From positions 6,236-70,235 of the forward strand of contig JBHHUP010000003.1 in assembly GCA_046753845.1 (NCBI GenBank): 64,000 nt of DNA. The letters are read 5' to 3'. The notes below the pieces were generated by a model. The model was given only the letters and a program-made list of their open reading frames with translations. It was not told where the DNA came from and ran no database searches. Below are positions 1 to 10,183 of this stretch, piece by piece; the first letter of the stretch is position 1, and every line of letters starts with the position of its first letter. The translations under genes were made by a program, and so were the position numbers. Origin of the DNA: Thermodesulfobacteriota bacterium (GTDB lineage: Bacteria; Desulfobacterota; GWC2-55-46; JADFVP01).

Positions 1-28
1 CTCATCCTGCACCGTCATAGCAGAGGGC

Positions 29-727
29 CTACTTTGCCAGCACTATATCCACACGCCTGTTCAGCCTTCTGCCCCCGGGGGTCTCATTAGGCTCAAGAGG
101 GCGAAACTCGCCGTACCCCGTAGCCGATATCATGGTGGGGTCAAAATCATAACGGTTTACAAAAAATTTAAGCACCGTAAGGGCCCTCGCGCTCGATAGA
201 TCCCAGTTAGAGGCATAGGTCTTGTTCCTTGTAGGCACGTTATCCGTATGCCCCTCTATCTTGATAGTGCTCTGAAGACCTTTTAGCGAGAAGGCAAGCT
301 CAGAGAGCACACGATCCGCCCCGAGGTTTAGAGCGGCGCTCCCGGATTTAAAGAGCGTCCCGCCGGGGACCCTGATGACGATACCGTCTTCTACCATAAG
401 AAGCTTAATGCCGTCTGCCGTGGAGAGCCCTTTCATGGATTCGGATAAGGCTCTGTACCTGCCGGAGAACCTTCGCTTGAAATCAAGGGCTATGGAAGGG
501 CCGCTGCCTGCCACAATGGGCAGAGGGTTAGCGGGGTCGTAGCTTGACTGCGTAAAGGCAGTAGATAACGCGCCGCTGAACCTCTGAAACTTGGCCTCAT
601 TAAGGGTGGATATGGCGTACATGCTTGTAAAAAATGCAAAGAGAAGGGTTATAAAATCAGCGTAAGAGACGAGCCACCTCTCATGATTGCCTGCAGATGG
701 TTTTTTTCTTCTTCGACGCGCGCTCAC
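29..727 (-). CDS. motB: flagellar stator protein MotB (OmpA-like C-terminus)
   Basis: 232 aa. N-terminal 'WLVSYADFITLLFAFF' TM/plug region with the conserved Asp. C-terminal OmpA-type peptidoglycan-binding motif 'IEGHTDNVP...NWDLSSARA...NRRVDIV'. 4-nt overlap with upstream motA. Confidence 0.85.
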   Translation of the reverse strand: MSARRRRKKPSAGNHERWLVSYADFITLLFAFFTSMYAISTLNEAKFQRFSGALSTAFTQSSYDPANPLPIVAGSGPSIALDFKRRFSGRYRALSESMKGLSTADGIKLLMVEDGIVIRVPGGTLFKSGSAALNLGADRVLSELAFSLKGLQSTIKIEGHTDNVPTRNKTYASNWDLSSARALTVLKFFVNRYDFDPTMISATGYGEFRPLEPNETPGGRRLNRRVDIVLAK

Positions 728-1500
728 AGCGGCCTCTTCAGGGGGGAGAGCTTATCGGGTTTCTTGATAAACCCCTGGAGCTTTTCCTTGAGGCTTCTCG
801 GGTTCTCACCGCTCGAGAGCCCTACGAGACCCTCTATCATCAGCTCCTTAACGATAGATTCCTCGCGCACCTTTTTTTTCAGCTTCTCGGCTACAGGCAG
901 CCAGAAAAGATTTGCCGAGCCCACTCCGTATACCGTGGCAACAAAGGCAACGGCAATGCCCGCACCGAGCATATCGGGCTCTGCGAGGTTTTCCATGACA
1001 TGAATAAGGCCTAATACCGCACCGAGTATACCTATGGTGGGGGCGTATCCCCCGGCGCTCTCAAAGACCCCTGCCGAGGCCTCGGAATACTCCTCGGAGT
1101 ACTGCAGCTCTATCTCAAGAAGCTCCCTGATACGCTCCGGCTCCACACCGTCTATCACAAGCTGAAGTCCTTTTTTAAAAAAAGGAACCTCAATATCCTC
1201 AAGCTCCGATTCCATGGCAAGGAGCCCCTTGGTCCGCGAATAAAGGGCCAGCTCGTCTATATACTCTATTACCCCCGTGGGACTCAACCCCCTGTGGACA
1301 AAGGCCTTTCTCATGTCTTTTACCGCCTGCACAAATGTGCCCAGGGGGCTCGAAATAAAGACAGCCCCGATGGTGCCGCCAAAGACTATAAGGGCGGCCG
1401 TAGGCTGAAGCACGGAATTAAGGGAACCGCCGTCAAGAATCTGTCCGCCTATAAGGGCTGAAAACCCAAGTAAGATGCCGGCTATTGTGAGAATATCCAT
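724..1500 (-). CDS. motA: flagellar stator protein MotA/PomA (TolQ/ExbB family)
   Basis: 258 aa, four predicted TM helices. The C-terminal 'ESAGGYAPTIGILGAVLGLIHVM' pore segment is typical of MotA. Translationally coupled to motB. Confidence 0.85.
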   Translation of the reverse strand: MDILTIAGILLGFSALIGGQILDGGSLNSVLQPTAALIVFGGTIGAVFISSPLGTFVQAVKDMRKAFVHRGLSPTGVIEYIDELALYSRTKGLLAMESELEDIEVPFFKKGLQLVIDGVEPERIRELLEIELQYSEEYSEASAGVFESAGGYAPTIGILGAVLGLIHVMENLAEPDMLGAGIAVAFVATVYGVGSANLFWLPVAEKLKKKVREESIVKELMIEGLVGLSSGENPRSLKEKLQGFIKKPDKLSPLKRPL

Positions 1501-1542
1501 AAGGAAAGCCTCACTCCTTTTTTACAACAGACGTTCTATTGG

Positions 1543-2601
1543 TCATATCATGTTAACTATCTCAGCCGCTATCATATCAAGAGCTACAACCTTATCGGCC
1601 AGGCCATCATCAATCACCGCCCTGGGCATGCCGTATACAGTGCATGTCTCCTCGCTCTGCACAAGGGTCTTTCCGCCGCGAGACTTCACCTCCCGCATAC
1701 CAAGTTTGCCGTCATAACCCATACCCGTAAGGATTACACCGAGGGTCCTGCCGTTAAAGCATGCGGCAACGGAACTCACGGTTATATCAACAGAGGGTTT
1801 ATATAAAGACTCGGCAGGTTCCTCGTTAATAAGGATACGAACATCGGCGGCGCCATTTCTTACGTACCTTGTCTGAACCCCTCCGGGGCAGACAAGGACA
1901 CGCCCCACCTTTACCTCGTCGCCGCTTGCGGCCTCGGCCACGGGCATACTGCATATCCCGTTAAGCCTCTGGGCAAAGGCCTTCGTGAACTGCCCGGGCA
2001 TATGCACTACGACAAGCACCGATACCTTAAGCCCCGGCGGAAGCCCGGCAAGGACCTCCTGCACGGCCTTGGGACCCCCTGTAGAAGCGCCTATTACTAC
2101 TGTCTTTATGGTCTGTGTAGTAAAACTCTTAGGACGCGAGAGACGCGCCGCAGGTCTTGTTGCCAGAGGACGCAAGCAGGCTGACGGATGAGGTTTTTTT
2201 TTAGCACCGCCAAAGGTCCTTATCTTCTCCACAAGGGCCTTCTCTATCTGCATCACATCAAGGGCCGAGTTATGAATATTTTTAGAGATATAATCAACGG
2301 CACCCCTGTCCAGGGCATCAAGTGTGGCCTTTGCGCCCTCAAGAGAGATGGAGCTTACCATTATGACAGGCACAGGTGCGGTGCGCATTATCTCCGCAGT
2401 AGCCTCTATGCCGTTCATACGCGGCATCTCAATATCCATGGTCACCACATCCGGATGCAGCTCTATGGCCTTTTCCACGCCCTCTACGCCGTCTCTGGCG
2501 GTGCCTACGACCTCGATATCATCATAAGGCTTTAACATCCTCTTTATCATACTTCTCATAAAAGAAGAGTCATCTACTATAAGGAGCTTTATCTTACCCA
2601 T
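1543..2601 (-). CDS. cheB: chemotaxis response regulator protein-glutamate methylesterase CheB
   Basis: 352 aa. N-terminal receiver 'LIVDDSSFMRSMI...TMDIEMPRMNG'. C-terminal methylesterase signatures 'VVIGASTGGPKAV' and 'HMPGQFTKAFAQRLNG'. Confidence 0.9.
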   Translation of the reverse strand: MGKIKLLIVDDSSFMRSMIKRMLKPYDDIEVVGTARDGVEGVEKAIELHPDVVTMDIEMPRMNGIEATAEIMRTAPVPVIMVSSISLEGAKATLDALDRGAVDYISKNIHNSALDVMQIEKALVEKIRTFGGAKKKPHPSACLRPLATRPAARLSRPKSFTTQTIKTVVIGASTGGPKAVQEVLAGLPPGLKVSVLVVVHMPGQFTKAFAQRLNGICSMPVAEAASGDEVKVGRVLVCPGGVQTRYVRNGAADVRILINEEPAESLYKPSVDITVSSVAACFNGRTLGVILTGMGYDGKLGMREVKSRGGKTLVQSEETCTVYGMPRAVIDDGLADKVVALDMIAAEIVNMI

Positions 2602-2665
2602 GTTTTATATTCTCCCCGGACTATCATCATTGTAAATTCATACCTTATACCGCGTCCCGCCTCTA

Positions 2666-4387
2666 TCATGAGGCCAGAGCCAGCCTGCGCACCGTGAGCA
2701 CTGAGGCAACATCAAGGATAAGCACAACCTTTCCGTCGCCGGTAATGCTCGCCCCGGCCACACCCTCGGTGCCCTTCATGTACTCACCCATGGTCTTCAT
2801 TACAATCTCCTCCTGACCGTAAAGCTCGTCAACGAGAAGGCCGAAACGTTTCTCTCCTACACCGATAATAACCACATAAATCTTATTGCTATCCCCTCGC
2901 TCTGCAAATGTGCGCGGCCTTACAATAGACTCAAGCCTCGCTACGGGAAGAACACTATCCCTTACAGAGACCACCTCGCGGCCCCTGATGGTCTTAACAT
3001 CTTCTGGCCGCAGCCTTATATTCTCAATAACATTTGCCAGCGGTATGCCGTAAATCTCACTGCCCGCCTTAACGATTAGTATCTGTATAATGGCAAGCGT
3101 CAGCGGCAGACGGAAGATTATCTTCGTCCCACTGCCAACCTCGGACTCTATATTGATAAGTCCGTTTATATTAGTAATGCCTGTCTTTACCACATCCATT
3201 CCAACACCGCGTCCGGAGATATCGCTAACCTTTTTTACGGTAGAGAAACCGGGCCTGAAGATAAGGTCAAGGGCGTCCTTGGCCGAGAGTTTCGCCGCCT
3301 CTTCAGGGGTAATAACCCCCTTGCCGATAGCGGATTCCTTTATCTTCTCCGGGTCCATGCCCTTTCCGTCATCCTCTACGCAGACAACTATATTCTGCCC
3401 CTCCTGCGCGGCAGAGAGATATATAGTTCCGCAGGCGGGTTTTCCGGCGGCCTCGCGCTCCGCCGGTGACTCTACGCCGTGGTCCACGGAGTTTCTTATA
3501 AGGTGAATAAGCGGGTCGCCTATCTCCTCGATAACGGTCTTATCAAGCTCCGTATCCTCACCTGATACCTTAAGCTCAATCTCCTTATTGCCTGACCTTG
3601 CGAGGTCTCTCACCATACGGGGAAATTTATTAAAGACCCTGGCTATGGGCTGCATCCTCATCTTCATTACAGAGAGCTGAAGGTCTGAGGTAACAAGATC
3701 AAGCTGCGCTATGGCCTCATCTGTCTGAGAGACTATCTCCTCGTCTATCCTCGACTCATTTAATTGTGAACCGAGGCGCATGAGCCTGTTGCGTGATAGT
3801 ACAAGCTCGCCAACAAGGTTAAGGACCTCATCAAGCTTTACGATATCCACTCTGATATTGTGCTCTTTTTCTTTATGAAAGACAGGCGGTGCTTTTTTTT
3901 CTGCCCTGCCCTGAGGTTCTTTCTCCGATGCCTTGCCCGAGGGTTCGGTATTTTTTTTCTCTGCCTCAGCCTCTTCCTGTACCGCCTCCTTTGCGTTATT
4001 ACCCTCGGATATGGCCTTTATAAACTCTATCGATGGTGATATGCCCTCGGTACGGCTCGCCTTAATATTGGAGAGCATCTCTTTAATAATATCCATGGCC
4101 TTCAGAACGGCATCCATTATCTCATTTGTAACGACAAGCTCGCCCTTGCGGAGTTTATTCAGAACGTCTTCGGTGACATGGGCTATCTCCACGAGTTTTT
4201 GAAAGCCGAGAAAACCCGCGGCTCCCTTGATGGTATGGGCGCATCGGAATATCTCATTAAGGAGATCCGTATTGGCGGGGTCCTTCTCAAGGGCTACGAA
4301 CATCTGGTCAAGGGACTCAAGTGATTCCTCTGACTCAACTACAAACTCGTCAATTATCTCATCCATCTCATTGGAAGGTTCGCTCAT
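2666..4387 (-). CDS. cheA: chemotaxis histidine kinase CheA (HPt-P3-HATPase-CheW-like)
   Basis: 573 aa. HPt motif 'CAHTIKGAAGFLGF', HATPase G-box 'GRGVGMDVV', C-terminal CheW-like domain. Confidence 0.9.
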   Translation of the reverse strand: MSEPSNEMDEIIDEFVVESEESLESLDQMFVALEKDPANTDLLNEIFRCAHTIKGAAGFLGFQKLVEIAHVTEDVLNKLRKGELVVTNEIMDAVLKAMDIIKEMLSNIKASRTEGISPSIEFIKAISEGNNAKEAVQEEAEAEKKNTEPSGKASEKEPQGRAEKKAPPVFHKEKEHNIRVDIVKLDEVLNLVGELVLSRNRLMRLGSQLNESRIDEEIVSQTDEAIAQLDLVTSDLQLSVMKMRMQPIARVFNKFPRMVRDLARSGNKEIELKVSGEDTELDKTVIEEIGDPLIHLIRNSVDHGVESPAEREAAGKPACGTIYLSAAQEGQNIVVCVEDDGKGMDPEKIKESAIGKGVITPEEAAKLSAKDALDLIFRPGFSTVKKVSDISGRGVGMDVVKTGITNINGLINIESEVGSGTKIIFRLPLTLAIIQILIVKAGSEIYGIPLANVIENIRLRPEDVKTIRGREVVSVRDSVLPVARLESIVRPRTFAERGDSNKIYVVIIGVGEKRFGLLVDELYGQEEIVMKTMGEYMKGTEGVAGASITGDGKVVLILDVASVLTVRRLALAS

Positions 4388-4578
4388 ACTACATCTCCTT
4401 TTGCCGCAAGAGAGAACGGCTGTATTTCCTCAATAAACTTCGTGATAATACATTAACTGAATTGCCTGAAGAAGAAAAAAAGCCTTCTTTTTCTTCTCAG
4501 AGTCCAGCGGGCCTGCAGCCCTTAAGGTTCACGGGTTCTGCCTTTTTTGCGCTAAAGGCAATCGTCACCTCATGCCGC

Positions 4579-4968
4579 TTAGCCGAGTTTATCGAATATG
4601 GCGTCTATCTTTTCTTTTAAGACGGCGGCGGTAAAGGGTTTAACCACATAGTTATTAACCTTTGCCTGAACAGCGGCCACTACCTTCTCTTTCTCAGCCT
4701 CTGCCGTAACCATAAGCACGGGCATGTCCTTAATGCCATCAGTCTGCCTTATGGCCTTAAGGAGCTCTATGCCCGGCATATTGGGCATATTCCAGTCTGT
4801 TATGACAAAGTTGAACCCGCCTTCCTTGAGTTTTTCCAGCGCCATGGCGCCGTCCTCTGCCTCCTCGGCATTGGAGTATCCAAGCTCCTTCAAGAGGTTC
4901 TTTATTATCTTCCTCATGGTAGCAAAGTCATCTACTACAAGTATCTTCATATTCGCATCAGCCATCAC
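4579..4968 (-). CDS. cheY: chemotaxis response regulator CheY
   Basis: 129 aa single receiver '[14 protein letters not shown]...[11 protein letters not shown]...VKPF'. Confidence 0.85.
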   Translation of the reverse strand: MMADANMKILVVDDFATMRKIIKNLLKELGYSNAEEAEDGAMALEKLKEGGFNFVITDWNMPNMPGIELLKAIRQTDGIKDMPVLMVTAEAEKEKVVAAVQAKVNNYVVKPFTAAVLKEKIDAIFDKLG

Positions 4969-5119
4969 TCATTCTCCTTTTTTGTTCTCTTAAGCTCTTA
5001 TCTCCCTGTGTCCGGCTGTAAATCTTATCTGAAGAGCTCTTTGATACCCGCTGATTGCCGCGGGGAATTCTCTCTCATATACGGGTTCACGACTAAAGCA
5101 GTCCCCGAGGCGTCCGGGC

Positions 5120-5482
5120 TTAATGTATGAGTTTCTCTATCTCCCCGATAAGCTCCTCTGCCTCAACGGGTTTTACGAGATAGGTGCTTATTCCGGCCTC
5201 CTCACCAAGGCGCCTGTCCTCACCTCCTGCCTCTGTGGTGAGCATAATTATCGGTATATGCCTGTACTCCTCAATATCACGGACGGTTTTTGTAAACTCA
5301 AGACCATCCATAAGGGGCATGTTAAGGTCTGTTATGATAAGGTCCACCTCGGGGCCCGCGAGTTTTTCAAGACCTTCTACACCGTTTGCGGCGTTGAGGA
5401 TACCGTACCCCTTGCGCTTTATCATAAATGAGAGCAGCTTTCTTGTTACGCTGCAGTCATCCACTACCAGAATCTGTTCCAT
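5120..5482 (-). CDS. CheY-like single-domain response regulator (second receiver)
   Basis: Receiver motifs 'ILVVDD', 'IITDLNMPLMDG', 'MLTTE', 'YLVKP'. The ORF is called to 5515 but 'MEQILVVDD' is the probable start, which avoids overlapping cheR. Confidence 0.7.
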   Translation of the reverse strand: MEQILVVDDCSVTRKLLSFMIKRKGYGILNAANGVEGLEKLAGPEVDLIITDLNMPLMDGLEFTKTVRDIEEYRHIPIIMLTTEAGGEDRRLGEEAGISTYLVKPVEAEELIGEIEKLIH

Positions 5483-5495
5483 TCTCACCCCCGCA

Positions 5496-6314
5496 TTATG
5501 TCTTTTTGTATACAAGCGTATGCCCCATCTTTACCGGGGTAAAGAGCCTCGTAAGGTTATGAAGGGACTCCGAGAATCCAAGAAAAAGGTACCCGCCCGG
5601 GCGGAGACTATCATAGAGATGCGTAAGCACAGCCTTTCTTGAGAGGTCATCAAAGTAGATAAGCACATTTCTGCAAAAGACCACATCCACGCCCTTAACC
5701 CCTCCCATGGCCTTTGTGTCCATCATGTTTACCTTCTTGAAACTCACAATATCCTTCACACGCTTAACCACGGAGTAGTTATCGCCTGTCTTGAAGAAAT
5801 ACTTCTTTTTAATATCTTCAGGCACATTTCTCAGGCTATAACCCTCGTAGCAGGCTCTCCTGGCAGAATGCAGCACACCATCGCTGATATCAGAGCCGAT
5901 TACCGTGATACGCCAGCCCTTCAGGTGAAGACCCTTTTCCATCATCATAATGGCAAGCGTATATGGCTCCTCACCTGTTGATGAGGCCGAGCTCCAGATA
6001 CGAAGCTCCTTGATAACGTCTTTTTCTCTTCTCTTGATAACATCAGGGATTACTCCGTTGATAAAGCCCTCGAGCTGAGGGCCGTCTCTGTAAAAACTCG
6101 TCTCATTGGTAACCATGCACCCTATGAGGTTGTTCATCTCAATCTCTTTATTCTTATCGTAGATAAGATAATAATAATAATCCTCAAAGCTCTTAAGCTT
6201 CATGTCCTCGAGCCTTCCGGCAAGGCGCGTCTCAATAAGATATCGCTTGGTATCGGATAAAGAGATACCGCACCTCTTGTAGAGCAGGTCCCTGAAGAGG
6301 GTAAATGTCTCCAT
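5496..6314 (-). CDS. cheR: chemotaxis protein methyltransferase CheR
   Basis: CheR N-terminal helical domain followed by a SAM-MT fold ('IWSSASSTGEEPYTLAIMM', 'VVFCRNVLIYF'). The probable start is 'METFTLF' at 6314; the ORF is called to 6353. Confidence 0.85.
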   Translation of the reverse strand: METFTLFRDLLYKRCGISLSDTKRYLIETRLAGRLEDMKLKSFEDYYYYLIYDKNKEIEMNNLIGCMVTNETSFYRDGPQLEGFINGVIPDVIKRREKDVIKELRIWSSASSTGEEPYTLAIMMMEKGLHLKGWRITVIGSDISDGVLHSARRACYEGYSLRNVPEDIKKKYFFKTGDNYSVVKRVKDIVSFKKVNMMDTKAMGGVKGVDVVFCRNVLIYFDDLSRKAVLTHLYDSLRPGGYLFLGFSESLHNLTRLFTPVKMGHTLVYKKT

Positions 6315-6346
6315 GGAGACCTTAGGCCGCGACCTCGGCTTTGCCG

Positions 6347-8269
6347 CTAACATCCCATCACCTCTATAGCTTTTTCTATTGCAAAACTGACACTTGGGTC
6401 AGCATCCTCATGCATGGACTTAAGTATAGGAAGGGCCCTCTCCGAGTCCATCCTCGCAAGCGCTCCCGCGGCAGCGGCCTTCACCGGAGGCTCGTCGTTA
6501 CAGAGCATATCTATAAGCGCCTCTTCAGAGCCCCTGTCAATCATCTCTCCAAGAAGGGTTACGGCGTGATAACGAACCCAGAGGCTCTTATCAGCAAGCT
6601 TACGGCGTAAAGTCTCAACAAGCTCATCTGTGGCAACGGCGTTAAGCGAATCCATAATGGCTATGCATGTATCCTCGTCACAGAGAGTGAGGCCTTTTAT
6701 TACCGGCTCCATGGCCGAGGGCGCCCCGAGCATGGCAAGGGAGACGTAAGCGGCCTTTCTCACCACGGGGTCTTCATCTTCAAGGGCCTTGATTAGCGGC
6801 TCCGTAGATGCCTCCTCGCCCATCTTCCCGAGCCCCCTGCACCCCATCTCACGCAAATTCACGCGCTCGCTGGAAAGAAGCTCAATAAACCCCGCCCTCA
6901 CCACTTCCGAGCCCATACCGGCAAGGGCGTCGGTTACCCCCTCAATTACATCCCTGTACCGTTCCCTGATAATCATGGCAAAGAGGTTATCAGCGGCCTT
7001 GTCTCCGGCTACCCGGGCTAATGTCCTCGCCGCTATCTTCCGTACATGCCCGTCTGAAGAATATATGGCCTTGTATAAAAGTTTCTCTGAGTCGGCGGAG
7101 CCTATCTCTTCAATGGCTGCCAGTATGGCCCTCACCTCATTCCTCTCGCCTCTCTCCATGGCGAGTTCAAGGGCCGGCAGGGCCTCTGCTGACCTCATCC
7201 TGCCCGTGAGTTTTATAAGTGTAATGGTATTCTTGCCGCCTTTTTTTATCCTCTCCAGTACCTCGTCCGGCAGATCAAACTCCGCGCATAGATCCCCCAG
7301 AGCACTGATTATATATTCCTCCGTATCCTCATCAAGCTCATCAAGGGCATACATAAACCTCAAGACACGGCTTATGCCTCTACAGTCTCTCAAGAGGACA
7401 AAACCCCGGAGCGCAGTCTTTCTCCTATCTATATCAGGGTCCTCAGCGGCATTATCGAAAATTTTAAAGAGCATATCTCTCAAAGTGACGAACTTATTTA
7501 CGTCCCATGAGGCAAGGGCCGCTTTTTCAAGTATCTCCACTATAGATGATACCGGCATAACGGCATCTTCCTTTATGCAATCATTAAGGGTCATGAGTAT
7601 CTCGTAAGAGTTGGAGGGGGTAGCCATCCTTGAGAGGGCATCAATAGCGGCATCCATGACCGCGCCGCTCTCTTCTCTCGCTATCTCAAGAAGAGGTTCA
7701 AGCTGCCTCACATCGCCAAGAAGCCCCATGGCCTCAACGGCGGAGAACCTCACCCACTGCTCGGCATCTCTCATGGCCTCGACTATGTACCGGGTTGCCC
7801 CGTATGGCTGAGCCCGGCCCATGTACAGGGCTACGGCGCCTCTTACATTGGCATTGGGGTGTTTTAAGAGCTCTGCGACAACAACAGAGGGCTCGGCGTC
7901 GCCTGTACCGGCGAGTATATCAACGGCGAATTTTACGGCATCATCATCTTCATCATGAAGCAGGGCCGTTACATATGGAGTTGCGCCATGGCCTGTGCTT
8001 ATGAGTATCTCTATGGCCCTGTTACGAAGCCTGGCCTCGGATCTTTTAAGCAGCGGCACCGTTGCGGCCGCCGCATCTGCCCCGCCTATCTTCATAAGGG
8101 CCTCCATAGCCGCCTCGGAGACACCGTGGTCCATATCGCCAAGGGCCCCGGCAAGGGGGCCTACAAAGCCCTTCGCATCGCTCTTCTCACCTATCTCCTC
8201 ACAGGCTACCCTGCGAATAGACGGGTCTTCGTCTTTCAGCGCCTCTAATAAACGCCCTGTATCCGGCAT
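6347..8269 (-). CDS. HEAT/PBS-lyase-like repeat protein embedded in the chemotaxis operon
   Basis: 640 aa made of repeated units such as 'DEDPSIRRVACEEIGE', 'DEDDDAVKFAVDILAGTGD' and 'DEDPVVRKAAYVSLAMLG'. No TM segment. Confidence 0.6.
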   Translation of the reverse strand: MPDTGRLLEALKDEDPSIRRVACEEIGEKSDAKGFVGPLAGALGDMDHGVSEAAMEALMKIGGADAAAATVPLLKRSEARLRNRAIEILISTGHGATPYVTALLHDEDDDAVKFAVDILAGTGDAEPSVVVAELLKHPNANVRGAVALYMGRAQPYGATRYIVEAMRDAEQWVRFSAVEAMGLLGDVRQLEPLLEIAREESGAVMDAAIDALSRMATPSNSYEILMTLNDCIKEDAVMPVSSIVEILEKAALASWDVNKFVTLRDMLFKIFDNAAEDPDIDRRKTALRGFVLLRDCRGISRVLRFMYALDELDEDTEEYIISALGDLCAEFDLPDEVLERIKKGGKNTITLIKLTGRMRSAEALPALELAMERGERNEVRAILAAIEEIGSADSEKLLYKAIYSSDGHVRKIAARTLARVAGDKAADNLFAMIIRERYRDVIEGVTDALAGMGSEVVRAGFIELLSSERVNLREMGCRGLGKMGEEASTEPLIKALEDEDPVVRKAAYVSLAMLGAPSAMEPVIKGLTLCDEDTCIAIMDSLNAVATDELVETLRRKLADKSLWVRYHAVTLLGEMIDRGSEEALIDMLCNDEPPVKAAAAGALARMDSERALPILKSMHEDADPSVSFAIEKAIEVMGC

Positions 8270-8315
8270 AGATACTCAACCTCCCGCTTATTTTACTCGG
8301 CCCTAACCTGCCCAC

Positions 8316-9140
8316 TCATATCAACTTCATATCATCGTTCACGGACCTTACCATCCTGCCCTTGAGCCTGTGCATGGCCTGACTATGGAGCTGACATACC
8401 CTTGACTCGGTAATCTCCATGACACGGCCAATTTCTTTAAGCGTAAGCTCATTAAAATAATAAAGCGATACAATGAGCTTCTCTTTCTCCGGCAATGAGT
8501 CCACAAGGGTTGCCAGAGTGCTTTGCAGCTCGCTGAACCTCGCAAAGGCCATGGGGTCGGCCCCGTTGGGGTCTTCAATACACTCGAGTATGTCCATCTT
8601 GCTGTCATTATCAGGGACAAGGTCCTCGATGTGAATAAGACTGTAGGCGCTCACCTTGCTGAGCATCCCCCGGAGCGCCTCCACGGAGAGGTCAAGAAAC
8701 TCCGCCACGTCCTGTTCGCTTGCCGGGCCGCCGGTGCGCCTCTCAATCTCACCGTAGGCCCTTTTCAGCATATTGGACTTTTCACGCATGGAGCGCGTCA
8801 TCCAATCCATGCCTCGAAGCTCATCCATGATAGCCCCTCGTATCCTTATCGACGCATAGGTCTTAAACTTTATACCCCGTGAGGCGTCAAACTTATCAAT
8901 AGACTCAAGGAGCCCTATGGTGCCGGCGCTCATCAGGTCATTTACATCGATATGAGGCGGCAGATGAACGGCTATGTGATGGGCGATTATCTTCACCAGC
9001 CTTATGTTCTCCAGCATGAGGCTCTCCCTCTCGGGTTCCGCAATGAGAGAGACTCTCTTTTTGACTGACGTCTTTTTCATATTGCCTGACCTCAGGCGTC
9101 CTCTTGAAGGCGCCTTGCTTTTATTTATTTGTGTTTTCAT
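8316..9140 (-). CDS. fliA: flagellar sigma factor FliA (sigma-28)
   Basis: Sigma70 region 2 'YASIRIRGAIMDELR' and region 4 HTH 'LTLKEIGRVMEITESRVCQLHSQAMHRL'. ATGA overlap with flhG. Confidence 0.85.
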   Translation of the reverse strand: MKTQINKSKAPSRGRLRSGNMKKTSVKKRVSLIAEPERESLMLENIRLVKIIAHHIAVHLPPHIDVNDLMSAGTIGLLESIDKFDASRGIKFKTYASIRIRGAIMDELRGMDWMTRSMREKSNMLKRAYGEIERRTGGPASEQDVAEFLDLSVEALRGMLSKVSAYSLIHIEDLVPDNDSKMDILECIEDPNGADPMAFARFSELQSTLATLVDSLPEKEKLIVSLYYFNELTLKEIGRVMEITESRVCQLHSQAMHRLKGRMVRSVNDDMKLI

Positions 9141-10075
9141 AACGTGTCCACCTGCGTATTGAGCATGTTTTTCCAGAACAACTGCATCCCGCCCTTGGGA
9201 TCCCTCGCCGCGGGCATGCTCAGGAGTTTCTCTGATATTCCCTTGATACAGCGGCTCGCCGGGGTATCGGGAAACATCTCTACAACGGCCCTCTGATTTA
9301 TCACGGCACGGGAGACCTTATCGTCCTGTACCACGCATCCCAGGTACTCAAGAGAGACGTTGAGAAACCTGCTCGCAACGAGGCTTATGATGCTGTATAT
9401 ATTCTTTCCCTCCTTCTCACCGCGCGCTGTATTTACAAGGAGCTTAAAACTCTTCTCCCCGTGTTTTTTCATAAGCACCTTCATAAGGGCGTAGGCATCG
9501 GTAAGGGAGGTAGGCTCAGGCGTTACTACCACTACTATCTCCTGCGCCGCGGTATTAAAGAACATCACGTTATTTGAGATTCCTGCACCCGTGTCTATCA
9601 TCATGATGTCAACGTCCTTATCAAGCATCTCCATGCTCGATGCCAGCGAGAGCCTCTGCTCGGCGTTAAGGTTCGTCAGCTCGGAGATTCCCGATGCGGC
9701 GGGTATGACCATAATGCCTCCCGGCCCCCTTATGATGACGTCCTCTATCTTTTTCTCGCCCCGCAGCACATGGTTAATATTGTATTTCGGGGACAAGCCA
9801 AGCATTACATCAAGGTTGCAGAGACCAAGGTCCGCGTCAAAGACAAGGACCCTCTTGCCTTTTTTTGCAAATGATATGGCTATATTTACAACGCAGCTTG
9901 TCTTTCCAACGCCTCCTTTACCGCTTGTTACGGATATAACCCTGACGAGGCCGCCTTTTTTACCTCCTTTAGGCACCGGTTCCTTCTCTGCAGCATCCCT
10001 ATCGGCGGCACTCTTAACAACAGCGGCTTTTTTCAGACCTGAATTTTTATCCTCAGCAATTTCTTTCATACCCAA
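9137..10075 (-). CDS. flhG: flagellar number regulator FlhG/FleN (MinD/ParA ATPase)
   Basis: Deviant Walker A 'VTSGKGGVGKTS'. MinD-like. Confidence 0.85.
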   Translation of the reverse strand: MGMKEIAEDKNSGLKKAAVVKSAADRDAAEKEPVPKGGKKGGLVRVISVTSGKGGVGKTSCVVNIAISFAKKGKRVLVFDADLGLCNLDVMLGLSPKYNINHVLRGEKKIEDVIIRGPGGIMVIPAASGISELTNLNAEQRLSLASSMEMLDKDVDIMMIDTGAGISNNVMFFNTAAQEIVVVVTPEPTSLTDAYALMKVLMKKHGEKSFKLLVNTARGEKEGKNIYSIISLVASRFLNVSLEYLGCVVQDDKVSRAVINQRAVVEMFPDTPASRCIKGISEKLLSMPAARDPKGGMQLFWKNMLNTQVDTL

Positions 10076-10183
10076 CCCCTTTTAGCGCTAGGCCCTCTTA
10101 AGGCCGCCACGCAGTAGATTAAAAACCCTCTTCACCTTTTTTCATCTTCCACCTCACCATGCCCGCCATGAGGCCGCTATCAG

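Noticed and set aside
4388-4578. possible terminator or promoter structures between cheA and cheY
   Set aside because: The GAAGAAGAAAAA/TTTTTCTTCTTC and GGGCCTGCAGCCC inverted repeats pair imperfectly and lack a proper U-tract on the minus strand. No convincing sigma28 or sigma54 motif was found.
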